DNA of 64,000 nt, the filler included, from Basidiobolus ranarum (taxonomy: Eukaryota), in the NCBI GenBank assembly GCA_040143965.1. It is 33 parts of 33 records of this genome, joined end to end, with 100 filler letters (N's around TTAATTAATTAA, not from the genome) between each part and the next. Parts side by side here need not be neighbours in the genome. Positions count along the whole stretch, not along the records: positions 25,366 to 27,212 come from JASJQH010011101.1; positions 27,313 to 29,158 come from JASJQH010011102.1; positions 29,259 to 31,103 come from JASJQH010011103.1; positions 31,204 to 33,048 come from JASJQH010011104.1; positions 33,149 to 34,992 come from JASJQH010011105.1; positions 35,093 to 36,935 come from JASJQH010011106.1; positions 37,036 to 38,878 come from JASJQH010011107.1; positions 38,979 to 40,820 come from JASJQH010011108.1; 25 more parts are not named here. The stretch is one strand, 5' to 3'. Within the stretch, counting starts at the first letter, position 1. Every line of letters begins with the position of its first letter. A model generated the notes under the pieces. It had not been told where the DNA came from. It made no database searches and was given only the letters and a program-made list of their open reading frames with translations. Shown in pieces: positions 26,391-38,979 of the stretch. The translations under genes were made by a program, and so were the position numbers.

Positions 26391-28563
26391 TTTATCGGCT
26401 AAACGGTGTAAAGGTAATGCAATCTTTTGTTCCAACTATGCCTCGTATCATCAAGCTTGCTCATTGATGATCCTGCTACTATGAGAGTAGAATCCATTCA
26501 ACTAGCTCAATCTCTGCATATCGAGGTTTCATGCATGTTACCCAGGTTTACTTGTAACGAATCTCGAGTTAAGCCGCAGTTACTAATGAGGTCGGTGAAG
26601 ATTTCTTAGGTTTGATACTTGGAAGAATTTTGCCTTCTTGTTCATGTTCATTGTATGCTATGCTGACGAGATAACAGTGAGTGAATAAATGAAGGTATAT
26701 TATTGGTGTGTAAGAAGAGTTATTTCGTATAAGTTTCATTTTTCAACGAACGAAAGTCTTGTCTTGAGAAATACTATCTTGGTGTCTCAGATTATTTTGG
26801 AAGACTGCAAGAGCTGGCGTAGGCGCAGCTATATCAGTGTAACTAGAGGTTTGAACACTATAGCTAAAAGCATGTCTTGATTGTTTTTTGTTTCAATGAT
26901 TGAGAAGGTTCTTTTCCACAGCGATTGGTATGGTTCGCAACAAGCCATACAACATGGATATATCTGTGATTGATCAATTTATAGCTAATTAAAACATGGT
27001 GCGCTAGTCCGGGTTAATGCTGTTTATATAACTTCAGGGCAGGTGCTATAATACCATGGTAAAATTGAGTTGACGGTAAGAATGCTAAACCGATACGAGG
27101 TACCTTGAAAATCCATTCCGCATATACACTATCACGACGTAATACCATTTGAGAAGTAGGTGGCTAATACAAGAAAGTGCTGGCATCAACATGAATATCA
27201 TTTATACCGACTNNNNNNNNNNNNNNNNNNNNNNNNNNNNNNNNNNNNNNNNNNNNTTAATTAATTAANNNNNNNNNNNNNNNNNNNNNNNNNNNNNNNN
27301 NNNNNNNNNNNNCACAAACTCCTGAATATCTCAAACAATTGATTTACTTTTCTACTATATAAGTCACCATATACTCTTAAGAATAAAGTAACTAAAACAC
27401 ACTTTCATAAGTTGCTTCTAATACTCAAAGTCTACCCCCATTATGTCAAGATTCTCCAACAAATATCTTCACTTGGAATTTACTTGGAATATTCTTACCA
27501 ACTTGAATGTTTATTGACTATATATTTTCTCAAACTAGTACAATAAGCCCTAATTTTTATACCCCACATGTTAGAATATCTACTTCTTGATAGAAGTATA
27601 GATATCAACTTACACTCAATAAATCATAAAGTGAAAATTACTAATTTTTCTAGTTCTCCAAATAACTTCCAACCAGTCCCAGAATACTTCAACAGTTACA
27701 CTTTCCCAACTGTTTCACAATGAGCACCTATATTTTAATTTCAAACTTGGCTATTTAAGCTACATATATGACTTGCTTGGAAGAGTCACATATATTGGTG
27801 AGAAGTAAACAATATAAAATTTTTACAAAAATATCTGTTTTCACAGGAAATAAAGCCTGATTGCATTGAAACCACACATTGTATTGTGGCCATATTGTAG
27901 AGGTATTAGAAAAACCACATTTAGAAAGGTCATCCGGAACTACCTAATTTTTCCCTAAACCTTTGGATAAAATTGGTATACACTACAGCATATCACTGAC
28001 ACATTTTCTGATTGCCAACCCTTGTTGCTTTATTTATTGCAATACAATGGTAACTTAAAGAAGAACCTTTTCATTTAGCAACTACATACAGCGTTAATTG
28101 AGTCTTTTCACCGGGTTCATCACTTGGATGAAATGATTCTTTAATTCTACAGATATGACCACTCTTCTGTATTCTTAACTTTACAACGTTCCAAGAATTT
28201 ACAGCTGAAGTGCGGCATTGCGATGTCGAGATCGGTCCGAAATACCTTTCTCCTGGCATGCACATTGTGAAGCTAGTTTGTTTGATACGTGGGGTTTCAT
28301 CGTGAGCAGAGAAGGAATGTTTCGAATGTGACAACTAGGACTCCATCTATCAACTGATTCGCGAACACTTTGTGTTTCATAAGTGAAGCTTTGATTCACA
28401 AGTTAGAGTTGCATCCCACGATGACTGAAACATTGAGAAATTGGGAACTATTTGACTGACGAAAGTATCTAAATGAAATTTACCGCTTTGGTCTATTAAA
28501 GTCTGCACTCTCACTCACTTCTTTGCCTCGTCTTAGCCAACATTCTATTCCGTTTCCCTTAAA

Positions 28564-29019
28564 ATGATGTTCTACTCCATGCTTATGATCGGGAGCATTC
28601 TGTCCTCTTGCTCTCTAATTGTAGCTCAACCTCTGGATAGACTGGCAGAAGTTTCTCAAGACGGGATGGACGTTGATAATTGGATTCTGAAAGATATATT
28701 TATTGACCCCGGTCTCGGATACATTCGCAAAGTCCTCAGCGGAACTGCTGGAGTGGAATTGGGTGGTCGCGCGCGAGTAGCTGCCGAAGTCAATAAAGAA
28801 CGTGGATTTGGAGCAGGATTTAACGGTAACTTCCAGGGTACAGGCTTCGCCAACAATGAAATTGGAGAGGCTCAAGCTCGTTTCGGTGGAAAAGCCAAAG
28901 GAGGCGGCTCAATTTTCAGTGACTATTACGGATATGGAATAGATGTTGGCTCTATACCTGTTGGTAAGACGATGGCAGATTATGATGTGAGGGACTATAT
29001 GGTGAAAGAAACTCAATAG
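28564..29019 (+). CDS. Secreted Gly-rich hypothetical protein (151 aa)
   Basis: Complete intronless ORF, hydrophobic signal peptide ending VA-QP, AAAATG start context. Confidence 0.8.
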   Translation: MMFYSMLMIGSILSSCSLIVAQPLDRLAEVSQDGMDVDNWILKDIFIDPGLGYIRKVLSGTAGVELGGRARVAAEVNKERGFGAGFNGNFQGTGFANNEIGEAQARFGGKAKGGGSIFSDYYGYGIDVGSIPVGKTMADYDVRDYMVKETQ

Positions 29020-30591
29020 TATTCATACATAAAGATATTTACGAATTGTTGACTTGAGAAGCATGTGAATTCGTTTCCTTTGTAAAATCTACTAGAACTA
29101 CATGGGATGTGGGCAATCTCTATCCATGAAACCCACTCTCTGTTTTGTTTTTAACTCCNNNNNNNNNNNNNNNNNNNNNNNNNNNNNNNNNNNNNNNNNN
29201 NNTTAATTAATTAANNNNNNNNNNNNNNNNNNNNNNNNNNNNNNNNNNNNNNNNNNNNAAGTAAATTCCGATTGAGAATAATTGATAATATCTTAGTGAA
29301 TTATAAGATAACTAAGTACTAAGCTATATATGACTATATAGGTGTTTAGGCAATGCTAATTTCAACATACAAAAGGCCCTGAAGGGCTCTCACACAAAAT
29401 TTTGGAAATTTGCAATGGCTGATGAGTACTAGGCTATAATTGTTGGTAAACCTTACACTTTAACCAACTTACCTGATGATAGAAAATTAATTGGCAGCAC
29501 TTTTCCTGGGCATCAATACTGTCATTTCCCACTCTGTACCCATTTCAGTAACAGAGTATAAAAGTGGACAAAGATTTAGTGACATTAGCCATCTGATACA
29601 CACTAGCACATATGATGCCAGACATGAGCAATAATATAACAACTCTTATCAATTGCCAATTATCAACTTATCATGTATCTATCAATCCAAAAAAAATATT
29701 CAGTTTTCCAATGCTATATTGAAGTTACTCTCTTAATGTTAATGACTATCATTTGAGCTCATATTGACCATTGTGACAAATATCAAGCTGAATGATGAAG
29801 TAAGTGCAGTGATGAGGACATTTTGGAAATGAATGCAAAAAAGAGAACCTGATATGAATGCTGGTATAGCAATTTTGGATGACTAGCTTACAGGTATTGC
29901 AATTAGCACTAACAAAAGCAAGATTATATAGATTGGGTGTCTTAGCTTACACCAATGATGTAGATTAAACTATATGTGATTCGAAATAATTGAAGCATAT
30001 GTGTGTTTACAGTGAAGACGTGCCTGAAGTAATTTGAACTGCTAATGCTGAGCACAAAAAGATTTCAATTGATTTTATGCAAAAATAATGGGAAAAGACA
30101 GCTAATGAGCCAAAGCAGGTATTGTGAGCGAAATAAAAATCGACAAAACTTGGTGTAATATATTATTTTGTATAGCTGGTAAATATTCATTCTTTAGAAT
30201 AAATATTGGTATCTACAGCATATTGAGCATCGTGAAAAAGTTCAACTTATTGTTGCATATCTAGTACCATGTTGTTTCCGGATTCCACACCGTTCCCGAA
30301 ATCTGCTTTTAATAACTTAACGAGCAATCTTGTATTATGTGGCAAAGAAGTCTACTCAATACGAACTATGTCCAGACTTTACTAATGTTCTTTTTAATTC
30401 CCCTTTTACGGATTAGGAAACCCTACATACCCTATTTGACGGATAGTGAGCAACCTATTTGGCCGATTACATAGTATATATGGTAATTGAATATGTTAAT
30501 TCAAGATAACTATCTAAATAGATGATTGAATGAGTACGTTTATTTCATGGTAGGATTTTTCTAGACGAATATGCAATAATTATTTGGATCA

Positions 30592-31103
30592 TTAGTTCTT
30601 ATTACTGTAACTTCCTGCAGTCAACTCTTCAATGCTCTTTCCCTTGGTTTCTCTGACGAAGAAGAGAACCCCTAAAAAGCCTACAGCACAGCATGAAGCG
30701 AAGATGATGAAGACATAGCCATTCATAACATCAGAGAGAGTGGGGAAAATGAGGCCAATGACAAAATTAGATAACCAATTAACTGTGAGGGTGAAACTAG
30801 TAGTGGTAGAAATCGCGTTGGTAGGCATTAATTCACTCATAATGAGGAAAGGAATAGAACCAAGACCGATGGCGAAGGATCCAACAAACATCATGACTTT
30901 AAACGGATGAGAGTTAGTGGAAATTAATATGAAACAATGAAATAGAATGAACACTTACTGGCTGCGACCGTTAGACCATTACTGGGTACTTGAAGTCCAA
31001 CACACATGAGAACACAGAAAATAGCTGCACCGCCACTGGAGACGAGCAATAAAATCTTTCTACCAGCGCGATCGATCTGAGCAACGGAAATGATGCTCAT
31101 CAC
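30592..31103 (-). CDS. MFS sugar transporter (GLUT-like), C-terminal part, one intron
   Basis: IDRAGRKILL, FAIGLGSIPFLIMSELMP, VNWLSNFVIGLIFP, ETKGKSIEE. Confidence 0.93.
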
Positions 31104-31203
31104 NNNNNNNNNNNNNNNNNNNNNNNNNNNNNNNNNNNNNNNNNNNNTTAATTAATTAANNNNNNNNNNNNNNNNNNNNNNNNNNNNNNNNNNNNNNNNN
31201 NNN

Positions 31204-31437
31204 GTTCACAGCGGTAGCGGTACCTTTGCTAAATCCTAGCATCTTGAGCATATAAGGTTGGAATAGGAGAGACGCTCCGTAAAAAGCAAAGCGTTCACAT
31301 AGTTCAGTGATGATAATAAACCAGGCTGCGATAGGAACTTTTCCGGCAACGCGTAATTTAATGTCTTCTGGAGAGGGCTGATCCGCCACTTCATAGTCAA
31401 CCTCTGCGTCCTGTTGGATCTTTTTTTCTTCGCTCAT
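31204..31437 (-). CDS. PTR2: POT/PTR peptide transporter N-terminus
   Basis: ExxERFxYY-type motif ELCERFAFYG. Confidence 0.88.
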
Positions 31438-32301
31438 AGTGGGTTGTGTATCGATGGCAAAGGGTACTAATTACTTAAGGAATATAGACAAACTGTTCTG
31501 ATCTTTATTCACGACTTCTATGGCTCTTTTATAGGGTGTCGTGTGGCCTTAAGATTATATCCTCTATATCAAATTAGAAGAAAATCATGTATGGAATTCT
31601 CAAACTGAGTGTAAAGATGGTTAGATTGAATAAACGCGATACACCTTTCTATTTGTTCAATTTGATCGAATTAATTCCAGATATAGTATCGCGTCCAATG
31701 TTACTGAAAGAACTATATTCTCAAAAATATTATTTAGATTTAGATCTACCCCGTAGAGTTACGCATGTAATCGGTGTCTGTCCAATTAAAGTGAATCGAT
31801 AAAGCACACATCAACTATATGGATTGATTATTTTAGGCCAAATTAAATAGATATATACATTAGCTTTCCCTCCAATAATAATACTAAAAGAGGGAAAACT
31901 CTTTTACATCACTTTTTGCCTAATTAGTCCAATCCATATCTACGAGTGCTGGTTCTACCATTAGAACCTAAGACTGTTTGAAAGCATTGACTCAGAGATA
32001 TATGTTCAATCTACTATATTTAGTTGAACTGAATGACCTATAACGGTTGTTATTAAATCTATCATGACTCAAGTTTCCACTATTAACGTTATTAAAGTAA
32101 TAACTTTAGTAGTATATGTAGTTTACTCGCCACTAAAGTTGTCATCTGTTTGCTTGAGAATCGCACCAGAATAGAAGTTCAACAGTAGTAAGAAAATTCC
32201 ATGATTATTAGTTGTAAACGTAACGTATTTTTTCAAGTTTAACAGCAATCAAATGTTTGTATTACAAAATAAATCAGGGTACAACTCTTCAAGAATGTAG
32301 T

Positions 32302-32428
32302 AAAAAAATATCCTCCGAAGAGGTGTCCACTCAAGATTTACGTGTTATCCTTGTGCAAGGGTCATGCTAGTCTTCTCTGTATCGTTCCAATTTTTCCAAG
32401 TGCCAGCGGTGCCGAAGGACTTGGCGAC
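32302..32428 (-). ncRNA. U6: U6 snRNA (variant)
   Basis: Minus strand AAAATTGGAACGATACAGAGAAGACTAGCATGACCCTTGCACAAGGATAACACG; ACAGAGA box and AGC triad present; ends in T7. Confidence 0.92.
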
Positions 32429-32450
32429 GGATTAACTGGTGTTTGGATTC

Positions 32451-32458
32451 TATATAAA
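32451..32458 (-). promoter_or_regulatory. TATA box of the U6 gene (about -30)
   Basis: TATATAAA about 30 nt upstream of the inferred 5' G. Confidence 0.6.
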
Positions 32459-32900
32459 CTAGTGTTAAATTTTTTGGTAATCTATGGGATAAAGAAAACA
32501 TGCTTGACGAATTGAATTATTCAAGTTCATATATATTTGATTCTATGATATTGTATATTGTAAGGAACTGAGGGATATGTCGGTTTGCACTCTCATCCTT
32601 CAAGTGAAATGTCAATTAAAGATATTGTTATATGAGAGTTGAATATCGATCGTTAGATTCCAGTGATTATTCATATATCTAAACATTGTCAATAATATGC
32701 ACTTGTTCTATTTTCTACGGAGATACCACTTCAATATTATTATAAAAGTGATTTTGACTTTAATCTGGCGAAGGCCCAAGAAGATACTGTTATAGAATGC
32801 AGAGGTATTTATTGAGTATGTATACAGTGAACGAATGGAATATATATATATAATGTAATCAAAGACAGTTAACATTCGATGTTATCATATTTTCTGAACA

Positions 32901-33048
32901 GGAAATAGAATATTCCCGTCATAACTCCCATCAATCCAGTTTGGATTCCAAATACATATACGAAGTTTGGGTCATTACTCCAAATAGCCAAGATGAGTCC
33001 GATCAAACTTCCACCACAATTGGTGAACAAGAACAAAGCAGTAACCAC
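32901..33048 (+). CDS. Possible exon of an unknown gene, runs off contig
   Basis: Acceptor-like AACAG then open frame EIEYSRHNSHQSSLDSKYIYEVWVITP... Confidence 0.3.
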
Positions 33049-33174
33049 NNNNNNNNNNNNNNNNNNNNNNNNNNNNNNNNNNNNNNNNNNNNTTAATTAA
33101 TTAANNNNNNNNNNNNNNNNNNNNNNNNNNNNNNNNNNNNNNNNNNNNCATTGTCTATGTTTTTATTAACATAG

Positions 33175-34936
33175 TAAAGCTGAGAGCATATCTAGTGCTT
33201 TCTAAGAAGACACTACCGAAGAACCTTCAACAATTCAAGTCGACCTTCCACATGACAATAATGGTAATGAGGACCAGGGCGATATAGATGTCCGAGACGC
33301 ATATCTACTTTTCAGAGCTCTTTGCCGTTTGTCTATGAAGCCCATCACTACTGAGGGGGCATCCGATGTAAAATCTCTCTCTATGCGCTCCAAACTTTTA
33401 TCGTTACATCTCATTTTGACCATCATCACGTCTCATCTGGAAACCTTTACTTCATCTAATGTGGGATTTATAACATACACTGAGAACAACCAACCTATCC
33501 ATGTTACCCTTCTGACATCGGTCAAGCAATATCTTTGTTTGAGTTTAAGTAGAAATCTAACTTCAACAGTAAGCAGTATCTTCGAGGTTTCTCTTGAGAT
33601 ATTCTTAAAACTCCTACAAGGATTGAGAATGCTTCTAAAAAAAGAGATTGAGGTCTTTTTTAAAGAGATTTTCTTGCCCATACTGGAAATGCGTTCGGCA
33701 TCTTTTCACCAGAAGTTAGCGTTGCTTAATGTATTGCAAAAGATCTGCAACGATCCTCAAACCTTGGTCGAAATTTACTTGAACTACGACTGCGATAAAG
33801 AAGCTCTGGATAATATATATGAAAGACTAGTTAATGTCATTTCAAAGATTACCACTATTCGTGCAGCCTCTTCATCCTCCGGAGCCTTGTCATCGAACCA
33901 ATATTCGAATTCAATTTCTCCTACAAGTGGGGTTATTCAGCCTTCCTTGACAACCACCTCTGTAAATAATAGTCTGTCCTCTCAATTGCATAATCAAGGC
34001 AATGAGAATGACATTAAGCAGAAAGCGCTTGAGTGCCTTGTTGCTATACTTAGATCTCTTACTACTTGGAGCGACAAGGGGCTGGTGCTTTCCGAAGGAG
34101 AAAATGTTGCTTTTGATGATGATAAGGGGGCTCGATCTGCTTCACGCAAGAGTGAGGATGTATATGACAATAATACGGGATCTCTCACAGAGCCGAATGG
34201 ATTTTCGTCCCCTAGTCCCATATTTAATGGTTCTGCCCAGAGTGTCAAATCACTTGGACTTGATGATCCTGGTCAATTTGAAACCTTGAAACAAAGGAAA
34301 CAGGTTCTTCAACAGGGTATTCAAATGTTCAACTGGAAACCTAAGAAAGGGTTGAATTTCCTTCTTGAAACTCACTGCATTGAAGCCAATGAGCCCAAAG
34401 CTATCGCTCAATTCTTTCTCAGATCAGAAGGCATTAATAAAACGACTTTGGGTGAGTTTTTAGGCGAAGGGAATGAGGAGAATATTGCTATTATGCATGC
34501 TTTTGTTGATGGTATGAACTTTAGTAAAACCCCCTTCGTTGAAGCTCTGCGAAAATTTCTCCAACCCTTCCGTTTGCCTGGGGAAGCGCAAAAGATCGAC
34601 AGATTCATGCTTAAATTCGCTGAACGTTATGTTATAGGAAATTCAGGCGTATTTGCCAATGCCGATACAGCATACGTTTTGGCTTACTCAGTGATTTTGC
34701 TCAATACCGATCTCTATAATCCTCAGGTGAAGCATCGAATGACATTGATCGAGTTTCTCAAGAATAATGCTGGGATTGATGATAAGGCTGATTTACCTGA
34801 TGAGTTTCTGGTAGAGATATATGACGATATCTCCAAGAACGAAATTCGCATCAAAGACGAAAAGGAAGCCTCTCCAACTTCAGAATTGATCTTCAAACAC
34901 AGGTATCTGCTAAGGATCAAGAAAATCGATTATTAA
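33175..34936 (+). CDS. SEC7: Sec7/BIG-type Arf-GEF fragment (HUS and Sec7 domains), possibly pseudogenised
   Basis: DAYLLFRALCRLSMK, LKKEIEVF, YLNYDCD, FNWKPKKG, FRLPGEAQKIDR, YSVILLNTD; in-frame TAA at 33203 and early stop after the Sec7 domain. Confidence 0.92.
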
Positions 34937-35092
34937 TGGAAGAGAATTCTAGGAATACTCTAAATAGAGTGGTGGAAGCGGAAGAAAACTGTNNNNNNNN
35001 NNNNNNNNNNNNNNNNNNNNNNNNNNNNNNNNNNNNTTAATTAATTAANNNNNNNNNNNNNNNNNNNNNNNNNNNNNNNNNNNNNNNNNNNN

Positions 35093-35614
35093 AATGCAAA
35101 GCTCAGCAAGACTCCCACATGAAATACTCTCAAGATACACTCAATACTCCCGCGGCAGTAAACTGAAACACGGAAGTGACGTTGCGCCTATATTCGTGAT
35201 CCCAAGGCTGAGCAGGAAACTGTTCACGTGGTGCTTCGTGTGCCACTCCAGAGTTATTGATTAAAAAATCTAAATGTTGTTCTTGCTCAGCGACTCTGTT
35301 GGCTAAAGCTTCGCATCCATGTTTAGATGAAAGATCGGCTTGTATGGCCTTGCATGTACCGGGGCCAAGCTTTGTTAACTCCGCGGCCACACTCTCAATT
35401 AACTCTAAACGACGACTTGCGATATACACTTTGGCTCCATTAGCTATCAGAGCTTTTGCGATCATAAGACCAATACTACATCCAACATTAGTAAATCAAG
35501 GTACGGACCAGATGAAATGAATTCTTACCCAGTGCCGCCTCCAGTAATCAAACCAACACGTCCATAAACATCAAACAGATTTCCGACAGTGAATTGAGAT
35601 AGCTCAGAAGACAT
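35093..35614 (-). CDS. Short-chain dehydrogenase/reductase (RhlG-like), 3' truncated, with intron(s)
   Basis: LITGGGTG / IGLMIAKAL..NGAKVYIASR, ADLS, LINNSG. Confidence 0.92.
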
Positions 35615-35665
35615 TTTAGTAATTTGTTGATCGATAGTTAGAGATTTGTTCGAAAGTGAAGCATG

Positions 35666-35749
35666 CTTTTATACTCTCAGTGCTTAGCAAAAGGCTATCA
35701 ATTCGGCCTGCTTAGTAAAAGACTTCCAATGATCTCTGCTTAGTAAAAG
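35666..35749 (-). promoter_or_regulatory. SDR promoter: TATA plus three TGCTTAG(C/T)AAAAG motifs at 28-bp spacing
   Basis: Motifs at 35681, 35709, 35737; minus-strand TATAAAAG at 35666-35673. Confidence 0.55.
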
Positions 35750-36255
35750 AAATGAGGATACTGTACTGTTTACATATGGCGTATTCATTCACTCACCATC
35801 GGCTTCTATTCGTATATGTTTCAGAATGTATCAACCATGTATTTGTTAGCCAAATAAAACTGATGGTTTTGCTCCGCAGCGGCATTGATTAGTAATATAT
35901 TGATTGCGAATTGAAAATGTTGGTAGTTAGCACCAGTGCCTTGCCTAGTCAAAATGGGAAATAGATGAGAAGGCAACATGGTATTTGTTTGCCCAATGGG
36001 CTTAGGCTAGCTGTAGGTATTCAGAGTGATGTACGTGATTTGGTCGGGAACTTGACACTATGCATTGTCACTTCCAGCAGCCACTGAGCTAACAATTTAG
36101 TTGGTTTTATATCTGTTGCGATTGGCTAATAGATCATACTTGATCCCTTTATTGCTAGATAGTTTTAGGCTCGATATACTCTTGTATATCTTTTGCTATC
36201 AGCCATAGAAATGCAATTCACCACGTTTTCTAGTTAACAAAAAAAGATCACATGT

Positions 36256-36326
36256 ATGGTGATCAATATTAACTATTACGCATGGTGATCAATATTGACT
36301 ATTATGCATGGTATCAATATTAACTA
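36256..36326. repeat. 26-bp tandem repeat, about 2.7 copies
   Basis: Units ATGGTGATCAATATTRACTATTAYGC at 36256, 36282, 36308. Confidence 0.85.
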
Positions 36327-37035
36327 GTGCTAGGAACTTCTGTAAATGTAATTTTATTGACCCATGATATTATTTCTGTATATATAAATTCTGCTTCATA
36401 TATATTGGCGTATGCAAAGTAATGCAGTCAGGTTAAAATTCTGACAAGCCATGAAATCAATACCTCTGCTCTTTATTGTGCAAATAATGTTAAAGTATTT
36501 TGTGAGTGTGATGAAAGTAGTTTTGAAAAACTAGAAGAATTGGTGGTCTTCACTTATTGCTTTCTTGAGTATTGAGCTTGCATTTATAGTTTGGTCAAGA
36601 TGTAAACAAACTAGCATGTATAATGTGTTAAGGAAGGTCCCAGGGACATGTGTGCAAAGTTTGGCACTTCTTTGAAAAGTCTATATATCTCAGAACTTTC
36701 AAGAAAATTCCAATATCAAATAATGGGTGAAATCTTAGGGTTAGGGGGAGACAGTCACCAAAAGGTGAAATCTTTATTTCAAACAAAACAAAGAAGCCAT
36801 AACTACTTTTGTAGCTTCTTAACTAATGTATGGAGATCTGGAGTATTTGTATGAATGTTGCAAAGCAGAAAAGTTAAGTCAGTAGAATCTAAGACACTGT
36901 TAAGTGGAGTGGGAGGGAGTAACAAAGGTAAAAATNNNNNNNNNNNNNNNNNNNNNNNNNNNNNNNNNNNNNNNNNNNNTTAATTAATTAANNNNNNNNN
37001 NNNNNNNNNNNNNNNNNNNNNNNNNNNNNNNNNNN

Positions 37036-37820
37036 GGAAGTTTATCCAACACCTGGCACCTCTCAACAAGCCAAAACACCAGCAAATAAAACTCACAGCT
37101 CTCCAACCTCAACTGGTACTTTTCAAAGTGTTGAAATTAGCCCCAAAGTTAAAGGCAAGCAAAAAGCCACACAAACACCACAAAGCACCCTCAGTAGTGT
37201 CACACTACAAGGATGTACAAAAATAGTCAAAGTGCTTGAGGAGTATTTTCAAAAGTATGAAGGGAAAAATGCAGTGCAAGTATGCAGAAAGTGGCTTCAG
37301 AAGAAGAACATTCAACTTGACATTCAGTCTGGTGTTGACTGTGCAGATATCTGGGAAGAACTTAATACAGAGTGGCACAATATCACAGGGTATCCGCCAG
37401 ATAGCTGGAAGAATATTGATTCAGCAATGTTAATACAATGGTGGGCTTTGATGGAGATATTGATACAAACTTGTGTTGGGTATGAGCTAAACCTTGGGTA
37501 TGAAGAACTCTATAAAAATATTCAGGAGAATATATCAAAGAGACTAGGGATTTTGAAGGTGACAAATTAGCATTCAAGTGGTAATTGTTTAAAGTTGAGT
37601 TACATTTTTTGCACATGTGTTGATCCATAGCTCTCTGAGATTGTAGCCAATCATGTGCAACTATTTTGCAAGATCTTGAAAATTCACTCCTCAAACTGAA
37701 AAAATTGATTAATATCAAATCTAACTTAACAATTTTATGATAGTAAGTAAACAGTCAATCCCAAATACATTAAAATTGTGATGTTTTCCTACAATAACAA
37801 TCTTCAAATTTCTGTTAGGG
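37036..37820 (+). mobile_element. CACTA-like element end B with accessory ORF 37232-37570
   Basis: Ends AAATTTCTGTTAGGG; 112-aa ORF repeated in several contigs. Confidence 0.82.
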
Positions 37821-38878
37821 TATTTACTACTAAGCTATATAGTGTTAGATTCAACATGAATGGGCGATTTCAGATAAGATCCAAGTTTGAATCAATTGGG
37901 AAAATACTTGAAAATGTCAAGATACCCTCATAATTTACTAGGACTCCTATGAATATCCTCTCATCTAGGCTTTTATTCAAATGCATAAACTGGAAGTCAT
38001 GGATTTTTATGTATACAAGTGGAACCTAGAGAAAATATCTGCCTGATAAGTACTGGCAAAATTGGGAGTAGTTTGTGGATATTGTTAAAATATTCTTATG
38101 GCATCAAGTCACATTGGCAGATCTCAGATAGATAGAGCAACTGTGCAAATATTTTGTAATTGGATAGGAAAAAATTGATTACAGATTTAGAGAAGATAGA
38201 CTGAATCTATGGCAATATACATATGTTCTCTACTGCATCTTTCACAATACTTAGGAATTATAGACCCTTGCTATTCATTCAGGGAGCTCCTAATGGAGTT
38301 CACTTGTGGTGAAATGAAGCTCTGTGTGAGATTGTCAGTATTACTATATGCTAATCTTTTTAGCAATGCATCAGCAAAATCTGTGATGAATGTAAACAAT
38401 GGTTTAAGGAGACTCCTCTTTATATTAATCTTCCTACAAAGGGCTCTTTTCTATGTGCTCATGGGTTTTCACATTGTTTGTGCACAATAACAGCAACAAA
38501 CCAAATTGATGGACACAGAGTAAGCACCACTCCAATTGGGACTAGTTTGTTTGTGTGATAATCTGATGATATTTCCAGGAAAGCTGCAAGACAGACTTCT
38601 TGGTGAGATGGAATGAGATACACAGTATTATTGTTTTAACCATGGGTTTATCTATTCATGCAATGACACATCTACTTGTGGCAGGACATTTGTTGACTGC
38701 AAGTTGGGGATATATTGGCTGAATTCTTTACAGAAATTTGCAAAAATCCAAGAGCTTATTCTCAATATGAATGGTAACAAGAGTCAGCTATTTGCCAAGT
38801 GTCAGTGCTATTCAAAATTTCAGATGTTTAGCAATTTTTCCACCATTAGTTTGCTGGTAAAGCATATTGATGTTGTTG
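37821..38878 (+). mobile_element. CACTA-like transposase C-terminal region (degenerate)
   Basis: Homologous to 39249-39590 (GPGYTFWEFPME, DUF4218-like) and to 61330-61598. Confidence 0.8.
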
Positions 38879-38979
38879 NNNNNNNNNNNNNNNNNNNNNN
38901 NNNNNNNNNNNNNNNNNNNNNNTTAATTAATTAANNNNNNNNNNNNNNNNNNNNNNNNNNNNNNNNNNNNNNNNNNNNT

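Noticed and set aside
33433-34920. Several antisense ORFs over Sec7 (likewise over the GNAT, SDR and 28564 genes)
   Set aside because: Shadow frames of real coding sequence with no motifs
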